Assembly: GCA_041577295.1 (NCBI GenBank)
Contig: JBFGJG010000044.1
Location: 1-37,919, forward strand
Length of the DNA stretch: 37,919 bases
Source: Gemmatimonadales bacterium
GTDB taxonomy: Bacteria > Gemmatimonadota > Gemmatimonadetes > Gemmatimonadales > GWC2-71-9
Reading direction: 5' to 3'
Both the position numbers and the translations under genes were made by a program. The notes beneath the pieces were generated by a model that saw only the letters and a program-made list of their open reading frames with translations, did not search any database and was not told the origin of the DNA. Shown piece by piece: positions 1 to 8,905 of this stretch. Position 1 is the stretch's first letter. Each line of letters begins with the position of its first letter.

Positions 1-1
1 A

Positions 2-181
2 GCGGCTCAAGCGATCCTAGGCTCGCGCTTGGAAGATGACGCCATTGCCACCGCCGCTGACGCTGCGTACAAGCCGTCCAAGCCCATGGACAACACGGAC
101 TTTGGTCTCGCGTGGCGCAAACATATGACTCGGGAATACGTGAAAGGGGCTCTGCGCGAGTTGCGCAAGAGGCACTCCTGA
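2..181 (+). CDS. 3' end (partial) of FAD-binding subunit of a xanthine dehydrogenase/CO dehydrogenase/4-hydroxybenzoyl-CoA reductase-type molybdoenzyme
   Basis: Not in the ORF track. Frame 2 reads AAQAILGSRLEDDAIATAADAAYKPSKPMDNTDFGLAWRKHMTREYVKGALRELRKRHS* (TGA 179-181). The 'A..AA...PMDNTD....WRK' ending fits the CO_deh_flav_C terminal domain. Confidence 0.7.
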   Translation, partial: AAQAILGSRLEDDAIATAADAAYKPSKPMDNTDFGLAWRKHMTREYVKGALRELRKRHS

Positions 182-250
182 CACCCTCCTCTTGATAGTA
201 CGCCAACCCACACAACACGGTCTCGCCCGGATGGTGTGACCGCTCGCGCT

Positions 251-912
251 GTGACGGATTCCTTTTGGGAGGACCCTGGTCTCGTTCGGCGATTCGCCAG
301 CCGCGATCCGGACCACCGGCTACAGAAGCTAATCGCCGAGTCCCCGATCCAGCGTCGGTACGGGTCCTCGACCTCGGGTGCGCAGGAGGTCGCAATACAG
401 TGCTGCTGGCAGAGCGGGGTTTCGACGTGGTCGCCGTCGACGCCTCGGCAGCAATGGTGGCCGAGACTCGGAGGCGGGTGGCTCAGGTGGTGGGAGCTGC
501 AGCCGCAGGGCGCCGGGTACAGCAAGCACCCATGGACAACCTCACACAGTTCCCGGACCGCCACTTCGACCTGACCGTTGCGCTCGGTATCTACCACCAG
601 GCGCATAGTCGCGAGGAGTGGAACCGGGCGCTGGTCGAGACCGCGCGGGTGACGCGAATGGGCGGTACGCTGCTCGTAGCCGTCTTCAGCCCACGCTCAC
701 AACCCCACGGCACCCCCCTGGTGAGAATCGCGCACGACCTCTCGGTGTATCAAGGGTTCGCATCCGGGCCACTCTTCCTGGTAGAGCCGGACCAGCTCGA
801 CCGGGAGTTGGTGGCCCATGGGTTCGAGCCGTGGGAAACGACCAAGTCGGTGACCGTCGAGACGGACGGAGGGTTTCGAGTAACCGTCAACGGTTGTTAT
901 CGCCGGGTGTAA
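251..912 (+). pseudogene. Class I SAM-dependent methyltransferase split by a 1-nt frameshift at about 341-345 (pseudogene or sequencing error)
   Basis: N-terminus (V)TDSFWEDPGLVRRFASRDPDHRLQKLIAE lies in the frame of ORF 236. The MTase core PDPASVRVLDLGCAGGRN...VVAVDAS lies in the frame of ORF 265. One extra base in the CCCC run (342-345) would fuse them. Confidence 0.75.
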
Positions 913-969
913 TGACGAGGTGCCACGTAGCGAGTGGGCACCGCCTAGAAGGAACGGAGGGGAGTACAG

Positions 970-1704
970 GTGACACTAGATCGAACCATCGTGGGGGCCG
1001 TCGTTATCGGACTAGGCCTCGCGGCTTCGGGTTGGTTTGTTGGGCACGGATTCCTGCGCGGTAGGGCGGCCGATCGATATGTGACGGTCAAGGGCGTAGC
1101 GGAACGAGAGGTGAGGGCGAACCTAGCGCTCTGGCCACTTCGGTTCGTCGCCACCAGCGACGACTTGAGTCGTGCGCAGGCGGAGATCGCCCGGAGTGCC
1201 GGGCAAGTGTACGCTTTTCTGCAACGGCACAACATCGACACTGCCCAGGCCGAGCTTCAGGAATTGGAAGTCACCGACGTCATGGCTAACCCCTTTGGTG
1301 AGCGCACGGCCACAGGGAACCGGTACATCATCAGTCAGACTATCATGGTGCGCTCGGACCAGCCCGACGCCGTGTTCGCAACGAGCCAGCGCGTGGGTGA
1401 GCTCGTCAACGCTGGGGTCGTGTTGACGGCCCGAATGGGGTACGGTCCCACCGGACCGACGTTCCTCTTTACGGGACTCACCGACCTCAAGCCCGAGATG
1501 ATCGCGGAGGCGACCGCAAACGCGCGAGCGGCAGCGGAGCAGTTTGCGATCGATTCTCGCAGCCGGCTGGGTGGCATTCGTCAGGCGAATCAAGGCGTAT
1601 TCGTCATCCTACCGCGCGATCAGGCCCAGGGCATCCAGGAGGAGCAGCAGCTGTTCAAGACGGTTCGCGTCGTGTCCACGATCGAGTACTTCCTCGACGG
1701 CTAG
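970..1704 (+). CDS. SIMPL/DUF541 domain protein
   Basis: N-terminal TM helix. Motifs DRYVTVKGVAEREVRANLA, LKPEMIAEATANARAAAEQFA, LGGIRQANQGVF, KTVRVVSTIEY. GGAGGGGAG RBS upstream. Confidence 0.85.
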   Translation: MTLDRTIVGAVVIGLGLAASGWFVGHGFLRGRAADRYVTVKGVAEREVRANLALWPLRFVATSDDLSRAQAEIARSAGQVYAFLQRHNIDTAQAELQELEVTDVMANPFGERTATGNRYIISQTIMVRSDQPDAVFATSQRVGELVNAGVVLTARMGYGPTGPTFLFTGLTDLKPEMIAEATANARAAAEQFAIDSRSRLGGIRQANQGVFVILPRDQAQGIQEEQQLFKTVRVVSTIEYFLDG

Positions 1705-1723
1705 GCAAAGGTAAGAAAAGTCG

Positions 1724-2053
1724 ATGCCGTACGACGAACGACTGGCCGGCCGTGTCCGGGCCGTGATGGCCAACGCGGATGGTGTGCGCGAACGAAAGAT
1801 GTTCGGTGGATTGGCGTTCTTGTTGAATGGCAATATGTGCTGTGGCTTGGTGCGCAACGATCTCATGGTGCGCGTGGGACCGGACGACTACGAACAGAGC
1901 CTGCAGCGGGCCCATGCCCGGGCGATGGACTTCACTGGGAAGCCCATGAAAGGGTTCGTTTATGTGTCCCCCGCTGGTGTGGCGTCGGAGACGAATCTCC
2001 GTGGCTGGGTGTCACGTGGGCTCGACTTTGCTCGCTCGTTGCCCGCCAAGTGA
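1724..2053 (+). CDS. TfoX/Sxy N-terminal domain family protein
   Basis: MPYDERLA..VR...ERKMFGGLAFLLNGNMCCG....LMVRVG...MDFTGKPMKGFVYV is the TfoX_N pattern. Confidence 0.85.
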   Translation: MPYDERLAGRVRAVMANADGVRERKMFGGLAFLLNGNMCCGLVRNDLMVRVGPDDYEQSLQRAHARAMDFTGKPMKGFVYVSPAGVASETNLRGWVSRGLDFARSLPAK

Positions 2054-2159
2054 CCCTGTCAGGGGCCCCACCGAGAGGCATTGCGGTATCAATTCGGGCT
2101 GGTTGCCTTCGACGGTATGGCGTCACAGCTTCCACCCGAACCGTCCCACGAGGCCCACC

Positions 2160-2441
2160 ATGCCTGATATCGACGTCGAGCTCATGAAGCAAGCGACCTA
2201 CCGTGTCACCGTACGTGCGGCGACCACGACAACCCACGAAGTCAGGGCAGAACCGGCGTACGTTACACGCCTCACCGAGGACCGATGGTCTGCCGAAGAG
2301 CTCATTGCACGATCCTTCGAGTTCTTGCTCCAGCGTGAGTCGAACACGGCGATACTCAGACGCTTCGAGCTCCCCATCATCGGTCAGTACTTTCCGGAGT
2401 ATGAGCGGGAAATGAGAAAGGCCGTGAGCAGTGAGCAGTGA
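2160..2441 (+). CDS. Conserved hypothetical small protein
   Basis: ATG at 2160 inside ORF 1962..2441. Sequence YRVTV....TTHEV...EELIARSFEFLLQRESNTAILRRFELPIIGQYFPEYE looks like a conserved family. Co-oriented with its neighbours. Confidence 0.7.
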   Translation: MPDIDVELMKQATYRVTVRAATTTTHEVRAEPAYVTRLTEDRWSAEELIARSFEFLLQRESNTAILRRFELPIIGQYFPEYEREMRKAVSSEQ

Positions 2442-2465
2442 CATGAATGGAGTAAGGAGCAAGTC

Positions 2466-3317
2466 GTGACCAAGCTCGTGTTGGGCACGGCGGCGGTGAT
2501 CGTGGCGGTGGTGCTGGCGGTGATCCTGGGTGCGTCGCTCCATTGGACACGATCCGGCAACGCGTCAATCGAACGGCTCCGAGCCGAGCTTTCGACGGCG
2601 GCGGCGGTAAGAGACTCCAGCGCACGCGACAGCCTTCCACTTCCGGTGCGGCGATTCTTTGACATGGTTCTCGCTCCGGGACTGCCGGCAATTCGTTGGG
2701 TGCACCTATCGCAGCGTGGTGAGTTCCGTACGCAGATGTCCGAAGAAGGATGGCGGGATTTCAAGGCGGACCAATACGCGACGGGGACCGTTCCAGGATT
2801 CGTGTGGGACGCCCGAATATCGATGGCCCCGCTCATGACCGTGCGCGTGCGGGACGCCTACATCGGGGGCGAGGGTTCCATGCGTGGCAGGCTCATCTCC
2901 GCGATACCCGTGGTCGACGAGCACAGTGGCGCCGAGCTCAACACTGCAGCGTTACAGCGGTACCTGGCGGAGTCCGTCTGGTTTCCGACCAGCTTACTCC
3001 CCAGCGAACGCCTGCGGTGGGAGTCCGTTGACGATCAAACGGCTCGAGCCACGCTCAGCGACCGCGGTGTCACCGCATCGGTCGAGTTTCGCTTCAACGA
3101 AGCTGGGGAGATCGTCAGCGTCTACACGCCCCAGCGATTCCGAGAGATACGGGGAAGCTACGTGCCAACCCCCTGGGAGGGCCGGTTCTGGAATTATCAG
3201 GTGCGACACGGTTTCCGGATCCCGCTCGAGGGTGAGGTGGCGTGGCTACTGCCGGAAGGACGGTTTGCCTACTGGCGCGGCCAAATCACCGACGTCGAAT
3301 ACGAGTTCGTGCGCTGA
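2466..3317 (+). CDS. DUF6544/DUF6920-like membrane-anchored protein
   Basis: N-terminal TM helix. Motifs LPLPVRRFF, GFVWDARI, VRDAYIGGEGSM, LQRYLAESVWFPTSLLP, PWEGRF..Y...GFRIP..GEVAW. AAGGAG RBS. Confidence 0.75.
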   Translation: MTKLVLGTAAVIVAVVLAVILGASLHWTRSGNASIERLRAELSTAAAVRDSSARDSLPLPVRRFFDMVLAPGLPAIRWVHLSQRGEFRTQMSEEGWRDFKADQYATGTVPGFVWDARISMAPLMTVRVRDAYIGGEGSMRGRLISAIPVVDEHSGAELNTAALQRYLAESVWFPTSLLPSERLRWESVDDQTARATLSDRGVTASVEFRFNEAGEIVSVYTPQRFREIRGSYVPTPWEGRFWNYQVRHGFRIPLEGEVAWLLPEGRFAYWRGQITDVEYEFVR

Positions 3318-3598
3318 CCAGGGTCACTGACCCTACTAGGTGCAACGAGCCGCTCCCTGGCACCGCGATGGTCCGGCAAGAGCTCTAACGCGCGTTCATA
3401 ATGGCGAATACGGCGATCGCTTCGCGATGACGCCGCTCGTCGGTCAGGCGCTCACCGAAGCCAAGGGCGAACGAGGATACCGCGCGTGATCTCCGGTCAG
3501 GAATCTGTGAGAAATGTGTGAAGGCGTCCTACCCAATGGCGTCAAGCAATCCAATCGTCTACAATCCCTCCAACAGGGGGGAGTGGAGAGATAATCGG

Positions 3599-3862
3599 AT
3601 GCCAAAGAAGTCCACGTGGGAACGCGTGACGACGTACGGAACGCTTTATGAGGCCGAGATCGCGGCGGGACGTCTGAGAGACGTCGGTGTCCCGGTCCGA
3701 ATCGACCAGCGTGGCGCGGTGGGACTATTCGGCCCGGGTCACGAAGGGAGAACCATACGCGGGGTGGCGCTGCTCGTTCCTGCCGATCGACTCAGCGAGG
3801 CACGTTTTGCGCTGGACCTGGAAGAACCTGAAGACCTTTCCGCCGATTCAGCGCCGAGTTAG
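3599..3862 (+). CDS. DUF2007-like (putative signal-transducing) small protein
   Basis: W..VTTY....EAEIAAGRL...GVPV ... V.LLVP....EAR..L pattern. GGAG upstream of ATG 3599. Confidence 0.7.
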   Translation: MPKKSTWERVTTYGTLYEAEIAAGRLRDVGVPVRIDQRGAVGLFGPGHEGRTIRGVALLVPADRLSEARFALDLEEPEDLSADSAPS

Positions 3863-3879
3863 AGCCACCTCCGCCCCAG

Positions 3880-4875
3880 CTACTCCTGGGACCTCTCGCG
3901 TTCGCCTTTCTCTTCAGGCTCCACCAAGCCCTTCGCCCCCGCGAGCCCCAGAATTCCGGGAAGGTTGAGCGAGTCCGCGAGCCCTGACGGGACGACCATC
4001 AACGACCCGCGCTTCACAATGCTCTCGTACAGCATGTTCATGGCCCGCAAGTTGAGCGCAACGGGATTCTTGCCATACTTCTCGGCTGCATCGATGAACT
4101 TCGAAGCGATCTCGGTCTCCGCCGTGCCCAGGATGATGCGCGCTTGGCGTTCGCGCTCAGCCTGCGCCTGGCGTGACATGGCTTCTTCGAGCGCCTTTGG
4201 AATGATCACGTCGCGAATCTCCACCGACTGCACCTGAATGCCCCAGTCGTGCATCTTCTGATCGAGTGTCTCCTGCAGGCCCCGGCCCAGCTCCTTGCGT
4301 GACTGGATCAGCTCAGCGAGATCGTGCTTGCCGATCGCGTCGCGCAAGGCCGTCTGCGCCGCGAGTATCACCGCCTGTTCATAATCCTGCACTTCCAGGG
4401 CAGCCCGCTCGGCGTCATAAACGATCCAAAATGCGATGGCGTCGACATTGACCGGAACCGTGTCCTTGGTGAGACAGGATTCGGCACCAAAATCCGTGGT
4501 TCGGATCCGCTGGTCGATGTGATACGATATGCGGTCCAGCACCGGGATCACCGTGAAGAACCCCGGCCCCTGAAGCCCCCGATACTTGCCCAATCGGAGC
4601 ACCACCGCCTTCTCCCATTGGTCTGCGTACTTGACAGATGATCCCGCGAAGATGCCAGCGACGGCAGAAACGACGGGTACGATCACCGACTTGAACGGCT
4701 GCCAGTCGATGGGCAAGAGCAGACCGAGTGCCGCCACGCCAGCACCCACCGCCACGCCCGAGAGGATCGCGATCAGCGGATAGCGCGTGTCGGTCGGAGA
4801 GCTCTGCACCTGGCCAGCTCGCCGAGAAACACTCGAGCCCTGCTTGAACGACGGCACGGGTAGAAAACCTTCCAT
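3880..4875 (-). CDS. SPFH/Band 7 (stomatin/slipin) family membrane protein
   Basis: QWEKAVVLRLGKY..GPG, TKDTVPVNVDA, AQTALRDAIG, WGIQVQSVEIRDV, AMSRQAQAERERQAR. ATG 4875 overlaps the upstream TAA (TAATG). Confidence 0.92.
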   Translation of the reverse strand: MEGFLPVPSFKQGSSVSRRAGQVQSSPTDTRYPLIAILSGVAVGAGVAALGLLLPIDWQPFKSVIVPVVSAVAGIFAGSSVKYADQWEKAVVLRLGKYRGLQGPGFFTVIPVLDRISYHIDQRIRTTDFGAESCLTKDTVPVNVDAIAFWIVYDAERAALEVQDYEQAVILAAQTALRDAIGKHDLAELIQSRKELGRGLQETLDQKMHDWGIQVQSVEIRDVIIPKALEEAMSRQAQAERERQARIILGTAETEIASKFIDAAEKYGKNPVALNLRAMNMLYESIVKRGSLMVVPSGLADSLNLPGILGLAGAKGLVEPEEKGERERSQE

Positions 4876-5312
4876 TACGCCTCCCCGGTTCTCGCATCGG
4901 CGTCTCGACGTGCGGCTCGCAGATCCGCCAGAGCGTCGATAACGTCCTCTAGAGTAAACCCAAGTTGCTCGGCCTGCGACACTACGTCGTAGCACAGCCG
5001 CTCGAGTTGTGAGCGCCGTTCAACAGTCGATTGATCCGGTTGCGACAGGCTCACGAACGTTCCCTGTCCAGGCTTCTTGACCAATACCCCGAGAAGCTCG
5101 AGCTCTTTGTATGCTCGGGCAACGGTGTTGGGATTGAGGCTAAGATCAATGGCGAGCTGCCGGACCGTCGGCAGCCGTTCCCCCGTTTCGAGGGTGCCGG
5201 TTACCACCTCGAGCCACAGGCGATCCACGATTTGGCGATACAGCGGCGTGTCGCTCCCAGGATCGAGGTACACGCCAATACGTCGTGCAAGCTCAGCTGC
5301 GTCAGACGCCAT
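4875..5312 (-). CDS. GntR family transcriptional regulator, YtrA subfamily
   Basis: PLYRQI...GERLPTVRQLAIDLSLNPNTVARAYKELE..G......GQGTFV wHTH with the short C-terminal helix typical of YtrA. Confidence 0.92.
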   Translation of the reverse strand: MASDAAELARRIGVYLDPGSDTPLYRQIVDRLWLEVVTGTLETGERLPTVRQLAIDLSLNPNTVARAYKELELLGVLVKKPGQGTFVSLSQPDQSTVERRSQLERLCYDVVSQAEQLGFTLEDVIDALADLRAARRDADARTGEA

Positions 5313-5444
5313 TCAGCAAATCCTTTCCGCTGAAAGATTATCGCCCCTCACCACACCCGACCAGTGCACAGACCCGTTTGCGTCGCGAGCGGCCAGGGAG
5401 CAGCTTTGATGCTCCCGGCGCGATACCGCTGGTGGAGGGGCTTG

Positions 5445-5624
5445 ATGAAAAACGCAGGTGCAATGAGACAAATCGCGCAGGTGATTGCGGTCATTCTGAT
5501 CGCGCTCGCTGGTTTCATGGTCGGTCGCGCGTTCGCCCGTGGCGAGGGAGTGCACATCCCGTCGCTGGCTCTGGCAGCCGTTGCGCTTGCCGCTTTGGTT
5601 GCCATCCGCAGCCGGCGTGAATAG
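5445..5624 (+). CDS. Small two-TM membrane protein (59 aa)
   Basis: GGAGGGG RBS at 5434-5440, ATG 5445, two hydrophobic stretches (VIAVILIALAGFMV; LALAAVALAALVAI), basic tail. Stop overlaps the next gene's start. Confidence 0.5.
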   Translation: MKNAGAMRQIAQVIAVILIALAGFMVGRAFARGEGVHIPSLALAAVALAALVAIRSRRE

Positions 5625-6519
5625 TCGGGCAGCCCTGCTCCGAGCTGGATGGTCGTTCGCGCTGGTCAGCTGGATGCTAGCGTGTGGTGGCACGCCTCCG
5701 CGGGACCGTTTTGACGATGAGTCACCCCCTCCCATCCCGGCGTTTTACCAAGAGGCCACCTGGTCACCGGATGGAAGTACGCTTGCGCTTTCAGGCTTCG
5801 TCGGGGAGGCCTACCGCATCTTCACCATTCGTCCGGACGGGAGGAACTTTCAACCGTTGACCAAAGGACCGGACTACTGGTCGAGCTGGTCCCCCGACGG
5901 AAAGCGAATCGTGTTCAAGTCCGTGCGTACGGGAGTGGGGGATCTCTACGTCATGAACGCGGACGGGAGTGACCCGATGCCCCTCACTAGAGATCCCGCC
6001 GAGGATACGACACCGGCGTGGTCCCCGGGCGGCGACCTGATCGCGTTCAGCTCGGACGCGGGCGGGGACCGCCGTATTCACGTCATGCACGCCGACGGCG
6101 CCAACCGCCGCGAACTGCCCGGTGGACGCGGGGAAGAGTACAATCCATGGTGGTCACCTGACGGCCTGCGGATCGCGTACTTTGCCACGGAGCCAGACGG
6201 TGACTGGATTTACGTCATGCATGCCGACGGTTCGCGGCGACAGCGGCTTGCACGGGGGGTCTTTCCCTCGTGGTCACCGGATGGCACACGTATCGCCTAC
6301 GATCGGGGCGATACCATCTTCACCATCCAACCGGAGCGTCCGCAGGAAGAGGTGGCAATCGTAGATGGCTTCGCCGCACGGTGGTCACCGGACGGCAGGC
6401 GCATCGCGTTCGTCCGGGGTACGTGGCCGGAAGCAGCCGTTTTCCTGGCGGATCCGGATGGGTCGGCCCCGCGACGCCTCACACCGATGATACCCGGTGC
6501 TCGAGAACCGAATCGCTGA
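5617..6519 (+). CDS. TolB-like PD40-repeat beta-propeller lipoprotein
   Basis: Six WSP(D/G)G repeats with I.F/Y..S and YVMNADG segments. Lipobox-like MLAC. GTG start at 5617 chosen. Confidence 0.88.
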   Translation: MNSRAALLRAGWSFALVSWMLACGGTPPRDRFDDESPPPIPAFYQEATWSPDGSTLALSGFVGEAYRIFTIRPDGRNFQPLTKGPDYWSSWSPDGKRIVFKSVRTGVGDLYVMNADGSDPMPLTRDPAEDTTPAWSPGGDLIAFSSDAGGDRRIHVMHADGANRRELPGGRGEEYNPWWSPDGLRIAYFATEPDGDWIYVMHADGSRRQRLARGVFPSWSPDGTRIAYDRGDTIFTIQPERPQEEVAIVDGFAARWSPDGRRIAFVRGTWPEAAVFLADPDGSAPRRLTPMIPGAREPNR

Positions 6520-6532
6520 CGGAGCGAAGACG

Positions 6533-6859
6533 ATGAGCGATCGCAAACAAACATCCGTGGACTTCTCTGGGTTCGTCGCCAGCCTCGCAGCCACTGCCGT
6601 GGCGACGCTGCAACAAGTGGATGAATCCCTCAAAGGCAGCACGACAGAAGGAAAGAGCTCAGCGGACCGCCCTCCACCAACGGCCGAGACGCTCGCTACC
6701 GCTCGCCATCTCATCGATACGCTGGGAATGCTCGAGGAGAAAACGGCCGGCAACCTCACCAGCGAGGAGCAGAAGTTACTGCAAACCGTCCTCGGAGATC
6801 TGCGGATCTCTTTCGTTCGCGTGTCGGATCGTACACGAGCCGCAAGTCGTTCGTCGTGA
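6533..6859 (+). CDS. DUF1844 domain protein
   Basis: VDFSGFVASLA ... ARHLIDTLGMLEEKTAGNLTSEEQKLL..VLGDLRISFV. Confidence 0.85.
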   Translation: MSDRKQTSVDFSGFVASLAATAVATLQQVDESLKGSTTEGKSSADRPPPTAETLATARHLIDTLGMLEEKTAGNLTSEEQKLLQTVLGDLRISFVRVSDRTRAASRSS

Positions 6860-6971
6860 AGCTGCAGGTTATGCCGACCAGCTTTGCGCTCGCCTCCGGC
6901 ACCGCTCATGTGAATGAGCCGTTCTGGCCTCTAAGGTGTGGTAGTACAACCGGAGCCATCGGGAGCTAGCT

Positions 6972-7523
6972 ATGACTCGGTTCATCATCGTTTTCTTTGC
7001 CATCACTGCGCCGTGCATTCAACTGCTGAGCCCAAGCGCTCTCATCGCTCAACGAATTCCGCTGAGTCAGCATGGCTCCGTTTCACAACGGATTGCGCGG
7101 ACCGAGGTCTCGATCGTCTACAATCGCCCGGTGGCACGAGGGAGACAGCTTTTTGGATCGGGAGGTGTGGTCCGGTACGGGCGGCCGTGGAATCCCGGAG
7201 CGGATTCGGCGACCACCATCACCTTCAGCGACGATATGTTGATCGAAGGGCAGGAGGTGCAGGCCGGCCGTTATACGCTGTGGGCCATTCCGGGGCATGA
7301 AGAGTGGGTCGTGATCTTCAGCAACGCGGTGGACGTATACCACACGCCGTACCCCGGGGCCTCGCGCGATGCGCTTCGGGTCACCGTGTCGCCACAAGTG
7401 GGGAGCCATATGGAGGTGATGGCCTTCTACTTCCCTGAAGTGGCCCGCGACGGCGCAACCTTGGTGTTGCACTGGGGGACGACCGTTATCCCGTTGCATC
7501 TTCGGCTGTCAGGCGGGCAATGA
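6972..7523 (+). CDS. DUF2911 domain exported protein
   Basis: Signal peptide. SQ...VSQRI..TEVSIVYNRPVARGRQLFG..VRYGRPWNPGAD.ATTITFS, AGRYTLWAIP, L.LHW..T. Confidence 0.85.
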   Translation: MTRFIIVFFAITAPCIQLLSPSALIAQRIPLSQHGSVSQRIARTEVSIVYNRPVARGRQLFGSGGVVRYGRPWNPGADSATTITFSDDMLIEGQEVQAGRYTLWAIPGHEEWVVIFSNAVDVYHTPYPGASRDALRVTVSPQVGSHMEVMAFYFPEVARDGATLVLHWGTTVIPLHLRLSGGQ

Positions 7524-8905
7524 GCAGCTCGGTCGTCGCAGCGGCCGTGACGTTGACGCTTGCAGCCGTCGTACGCCCGGGTCTCGCACAGCAAGTCGAG
7601 AAACCGTCCGAGCAGCGCTTTTTTGACTGGACCGCGTTGCAGTTCGACCTCGACCTGTACAACGAGCGACGTACTCGACTGATGTCGCTCATGTGGGATG
7701 GCGGAGGCGGCGTGCTGCTACTGCCGAGCGCGCACGGCCGATCTCATGGTGAGACCTTTCGTCAACTGAACGACTTTCTCTACTTCACTGGTCTCGAGCT
7801 GCCGGGGTCGGTGTTGGTCATCGATGCCGACGCCGGGAGATCCTTGTTGTTCACACCGCTCGAGGACGAGCGTTTCACGAGTGAACCGCGTCCAAACGAC
7901 TTCCCTGGCCGCCGCTTGGCGCGCGATCCGGAGTTGGCGACCCGCTCGGGGCTTTCGACCATCCGCCCCTACGAGGAGCTAGCCGAGATTGTCCAGGCAT
8001 GGACACAGCAGCGTCGTATCATGTGGGTGAACCTCGACCGTCCCGGAGATCCTCAGGAGATAACGAGCGATTTCGTCACCGACCTTCCGCCCGCGCACCA
8101 GATGGTCGTGCACCTGCGGAACACGTACCCTTCCGTCAGGCTGCGCAACGCCTATCACGCCATAGCGCGTCTTCGGATGGTGAAATCCCCCGAAGAGATC
8201 GATGTGATCCGTCGAGTGAGCGGGCTGACTACGGCGGCGATTCGCGTTGCCGCAGGTCACGTGCGCGACGGCGTGGATGAACGCACCATCGAAGGCGAGT
8301 TGGAGGCGGCATTCAAGCGGGGTGGGTCGCAGCGCGTGGCGTTCTCGTCAATCGTCAAGTCAGGCCCAAACTCACTGTGGCCGTGGCGAGTCTTGGCCGC
8401 GCATTACGACCGTCGGAACCGCACGTTTCGTGACGGCGAGCTCGTCATTCTGGATGTTGGTGCCGAGCTCGATTACTACGTGAGCGATGTAGGTAGGACG
8501 CTTCCCGTTTCAGGGCGGTTCACGCCGGAGCAGCGCCGAACGCTCGAGATGGTGACCGCGGTGGCGGACACGATCATTGCGGCCATCCGGCCAGGAGTGA
8601 CCTTTGCACGGCTGACCCAGATCGCTCGTGCGAACATCCCGGAAAGCGAACGACGTTACATGGAAACCGGGAGCTTCTTCGGTCACCACGTCGGCCTGGC
8701 AACCGGCGACCCGAGCCTCTTGGAGGCGCCGCTCGCTCCGGGTATGGTCTTCACGGTCGAGCCGTGGTACTACAACCACGACCGCGAGATCGCCGTGTTT
8801 GTTGAGGATATGGTGCTCGTCACGGGCGACGGGGCGGAAGTCCTCACCGCCAGCCTGCCCAGGTCCGCGAATGGTCTCGAGCGCCTCATCATGGCTGGCC
8901 GCTGA
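7520..8905 (+). CDS. Xaa-Pro aminopeptidase (M24B), exported
   Basis: AMP_N motif FRQLNDFLYFTG, LRMVKSPEEI, and metal ligands D-D-H-E-E (LDVGAE..YVSDVGRT, GHHVGL, TVEP, VEDMV). Signal peptide ending GLA-QQ. Confidence 0.9.
   Translation: MSSSVVAAAVTLTLAAVVRPGLAQQVEKPSEQRFFDWTALQFDLDLYNERRTRLMSLMWDGGGGVLLLPSAHGRSHGETFRQLNDFLYFTGLELPGSVLVIDADAGRSLLFTPLEDERFTSEPRPNDFPGRRLARDPELATRSGLSTIRPYEELAEIVQAWTQQRRIMWVNLDRPGDPQEITSDFVTDLPPAHQMVVHLRNTYPSVRLRNAYHAIARLRMVKSPEEIDVIRRVSGLTTAAIRVAAGHVRDGVDERTIEGELEAAFKRGGSQRVAFSSIVKSGPNSLWPWRVLAAHYDRRNRTFRDGELVILDVGAELDYYVSDVGRTLPVSGRFTPEQRRTLEMVTAVADTIIAAIRPGVTFARLTQIARANIPESERRYMETGSFFGHHVGLATGDPSLLEAPLAPGMVFTVEPWYYNHDREIAVFVEDMVLVTGDGAEVLTASLPRSANGLERLIMAGR

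Noticed and set aside
3382..3450. attC-like look: CTCTAAC-GCGC-GTTCA... with central CGCTTCGCG hairpin and a downstream GTCAGGC
   Set aside because: Spacer is 4 nt rather than 5, there is no complementary L' box or matching GTTRRRY R' box, no second such site and no integrase in the window.
6904..6919. GCTCAT-GTGA-ATGAGC hairpin after the DUF1844 gene
   Set aside because: 6-bp stem with no U-tract, too weak to call.
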